From an uncultured bacterium (lineage in GTDB: Bacteria > Patescibacteriota > Minisyncoccia > Moranbacterales > UBA2206), in the NCBI GenBank assembly GCA_903937035.1, contig CAIZXS010000005.1, positions 1-60,745 of the forward strand: a stretch of DNA of 60,745 nucleotides. The letters run 5' to 3'. The notes under the pieces are model-generated. The model did no database searches, was not told where the DNA came from, and worked only from the letters and a program-made list of their open reading frames with translations. The translations under genes were made by a program, and so were the position numbers. Below are positions 58,762 to 60,745 of the stretch, piece after piece; position 1 is the first letter of the stretch, and each line of letters starts with the position of its first letter.

Positions 58762-58899
58762 CTAAACAGTCGTCAGCTTTGCGCGACCCTTCCTTCTTCT
58801 TGCTTTTAGCACATTACGGCCAGAAGCCGAGCTATTTCTTTCGATAAACCCATGGCTCCTCTTCCTTTTAATGCTCTTTGGCTTATATGTTACGCTCAT
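58762..58899 (-). CDS. rpmH: 50S ribosomal protein L34
   Basis: Not in the ORF track. Hand translation MSVTYKPKSIKRKRSHGFIERNSSASGRNVLKARRRKGRAKLTTV, in the canonical position divergent from dnaA. Confidence 0.95.
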   Translation of the reverse strand: MSVTYKPKSIKRKRSHGFIERNSSASGRNVLKARRRKGRAKLTTV

Positions 58900-59236
58900 T
58901 TTTTCTTAAGTTAAATTATTTATAGCTAACCAATTGAAAGTTTACCAATTATTTAATCAAAAGTCAATTAGAAAGCCCTTTTTGGCAAAAACCCAAAGTC
59001 CCATTCAATATAGGCCAAAAGCAGATAGCCCGATCCCGTAAAAGGCCCCAAACACTTGCTTTTTCATGTGCCCTATATTAACTTTAATATATTCACAGCT
59101 TATTAACAGTTTCCTCACTATTTCCAATTATTGACTTTTTTTCTCCTGTGCTATACTTTTTTCAATACTAAAAAAGTAACTCCCACCAAATACAAGCCTC
59201 TAGCTGTGCAAAATCATTAATCCTTTTTATAAATGA

Positions 59237-60619
59237 ATGCTCAATGAAGAACTTTGGCAAACAGCCCTTAGCGAAATAGAGCTTTTTATTTCCAAGGCCA
59301 ATTTCATTACCTGGTTCAAAAACACCAAGGTTGTTTCCAATGAAGAAGGTATTGTTATAATTAGTGTCCCAAACGGTTTTGCAAAAGAATGGCTAGAAAA
59401 CAAATACAATGCCTACATACTAAAGGCGCTAAAAAATATTCAGCCGAATATAAAGACGGTCTCATGCGTCATAGCAACGCCAAAAGAAAATCAAGCCCCC
59501 CAAAGAAGAGAGTCAATGGTTGATGCAATTGTCGCTCCAAAAAATTACAACCAAAAAAATCTCGAGAAAAAAACATTTTCTGTCAATCTAGAAAACAATC
59601 TTAACCCTAAATATACTTTTGAAAAATTTATTGTTGGCGGAAATAATGAACTAGCACACGCCGCTTGCATTGCCGTCTCACAAAATCTGGGAAAAATATA
59701 TAACCCCCTATTCATTTATGGTGGCGTAGGATTGGGAAAAACTCACCTAATCCAATCGATTGGCAATGAAATCCTAAGAAAAGACCACTCCTTTAAGGTA
59801 AAATATATCACTTCCGAAAGATTCACGTCTGAGCTCATAAACTCCCTGCAAGAACAAAAAATCAATGAATTTAAAGAATATTATCAAAAAATTGACATCC
59901 TAATTATCGATGATATCCAATTCATCTCAGGCAAAGAAAAAACTCAAGAAGAATTTTTCCATATCTTCAACTATCTATATCAACTCAATAAACAAATAGT
60001 GCTTAGTAGTGATCGACCCCCTAAGGCAATTCAAATTCTCGAGGAAAGATTACGCTCTCGCTTCGAAGGTGGAATGATTGCTGATGTCTCAAAGCCAGAC
60101 CTAGAAACAAGATTGGCTATTTTACAAAAAAAGGTGCTTGATGAAAATCTGGAAATCAGCCAAGAAGCACTAAACTTCATCGCAACAAACATCACAAACA
60201 ATATTCGCGAACTAGAAGGTGCCCTAAACCGACTCATTGTTTCAGCGCAACTCACCAAAAAAGAAATAACCTTGGATTTTGCCATAAACCAACTATCAGA
60301 ATTAATTTCAAGCGGAAAGAAAAAAGGCATTACCTATAAGCAAATATTAAAAACTGTTTCCTCCTTTTATGATATAACCCTGGATGATTTAATTTTGAAA
60401 AATAGAAAAAAAGAAGTTGTTAGGCCAAGACAAATTGCTATGTACCTCATGAGACACGAATTACAATTTTCCTATCCAGGTATTGGAGAGAAATTAGGAG
60501 GAAGGGATCACACAACAGCAATCCATGCTTTTGAAAAAATCTCCAAAAACTTATTAGACGATGAAAAGTTATCCGAAGAGATTAATCAAATTCGTGAGCA
60601 GATATATAAAATAGATTAA
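59237..60619 (+). CDS. dnaA: chromosomal replication initiator DnaA
   Basis: LNPKYTF, YNPLFIYGGVGLGKTHL, IDDIQF, RLRSRF and GGRDHTT. Confidence 0.98.
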   Translation: MLNEELWQTALSEIELFISKANFITWFKNTKVVSNEEGIVIISVPNGFAKEWLENKYNAYILKALKNIQPNIKTVSCVIATPKENQAPQRRESMVDAIVAPKNYNQKNLEKKTFSVNLENNLNPKYTFEKFIVGGNNELAHAACIAVSQNLGKIYNPLFIYGGVGLGKTHLIQSIGNEILRKDHSFKVKYITSERFTSELINSLQEQKINEFKEYYQKIDILIIDDIQFISGKEKTQEEFFHIFNYLYQLNKQIVLSSDRPPKAIQILEERLRSRFEGGMIADVSKPDLETRLAILQKKVLDENLEISQEALNFIATNITNNIRELEGALNRLIVSAQLTKKEITLDFAINQLSELISSGKKKGITYKQILKTVSSFYDITLDDLILKNRKKEVVRPRQIAMYLMRHELQFSYPGIGEKLGGRDHTTAIHAFEKISKNLLDDEKLSEEINQIREQIYKID

Positions 60620-60745
60620 ATCCACACCATTTCAAAGCAAAAAAGAGGATAATTTGTGGATAAGTTGTTTCTAAACAACCGAAAAACACTGATTAAACAT
60701 ACAGTAAGCCTGTTCATGATAAAAGTAAAGTTCAATAGCTTTATT
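60620..60745. other. probable start of the oriC region downstream of dnaA
   Basis: Perfect DnaA box TGTGGATAA at 60655-60663 with degenerate neighbours in AT-rich non-coding DNA. Truncated by the window end. Confidence 0.5.

Noticed and set aside
2925-60330. Numerous 60-170 aa ORFs overlapping gyrA, ftsH, pcrA, pnp, comM, virB4, dnaA and others
   Set aside because: Antisense or out-of-frame shadows of well-supported genes, with no recognisable motifs.
1-60745. Alternative genetic code (UGA recoding as in Gracilibacteria/Absconditabacteria)
   Set aside because: Conserved genes are full length under the standard bacterial code, and TGA terminates comM at the expected position.

Overview
Origin-proximal chromosomal window of an AT-rich bacterium, most likely Patescibacteria/CPR (Parcubacteria-like). 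This is inferred from gene content, the PrgI/VirB4/pilin locus and the palindromic repeat families. The right end carries the classic jag-yidC-rnpA-rpmH <> dnaA block. Housekeeping genes include gyrA, rpsA, cmk, tilS, ftsH, a xerC/D-like recombinase, pcrA, rpsO, pnp, lspA, comM and rsmA, plus five intact tRNAs. Four things stand out. (1) A 659-codon O-antigen-ligase-like ORF carries 13 parS-type palindromes (TGTTCCACGTGGAACA) read in all three frames; 4 are split at their centre by a 30-nt hairpin insert, a DnaA-box cluster lies alongside, and the gene's segments look reordered. (2) Tiny GC-rich palindromic elements recur at C^G steps in parS centres, in T-loops of decayed tRNA duplicates and inside other repeats, and REP-like elements sit in-frame in rsmA. 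(3) A ~570-nt promoter- and terminator-bounded, hairpin-dense intergenic stretch (27991-28565) looks like a large structured ncRNA. (4) A ~16-kb T4SS-like locus has two VirB2/TrbC-like pilins fused to cysteine-rich peptidoglycan hydrolase domains (a lytic transglycosylase and an M15-like peptidase), next to a glycosylation cluster. All calls come from reading the sequence by eye; no database searches were run.
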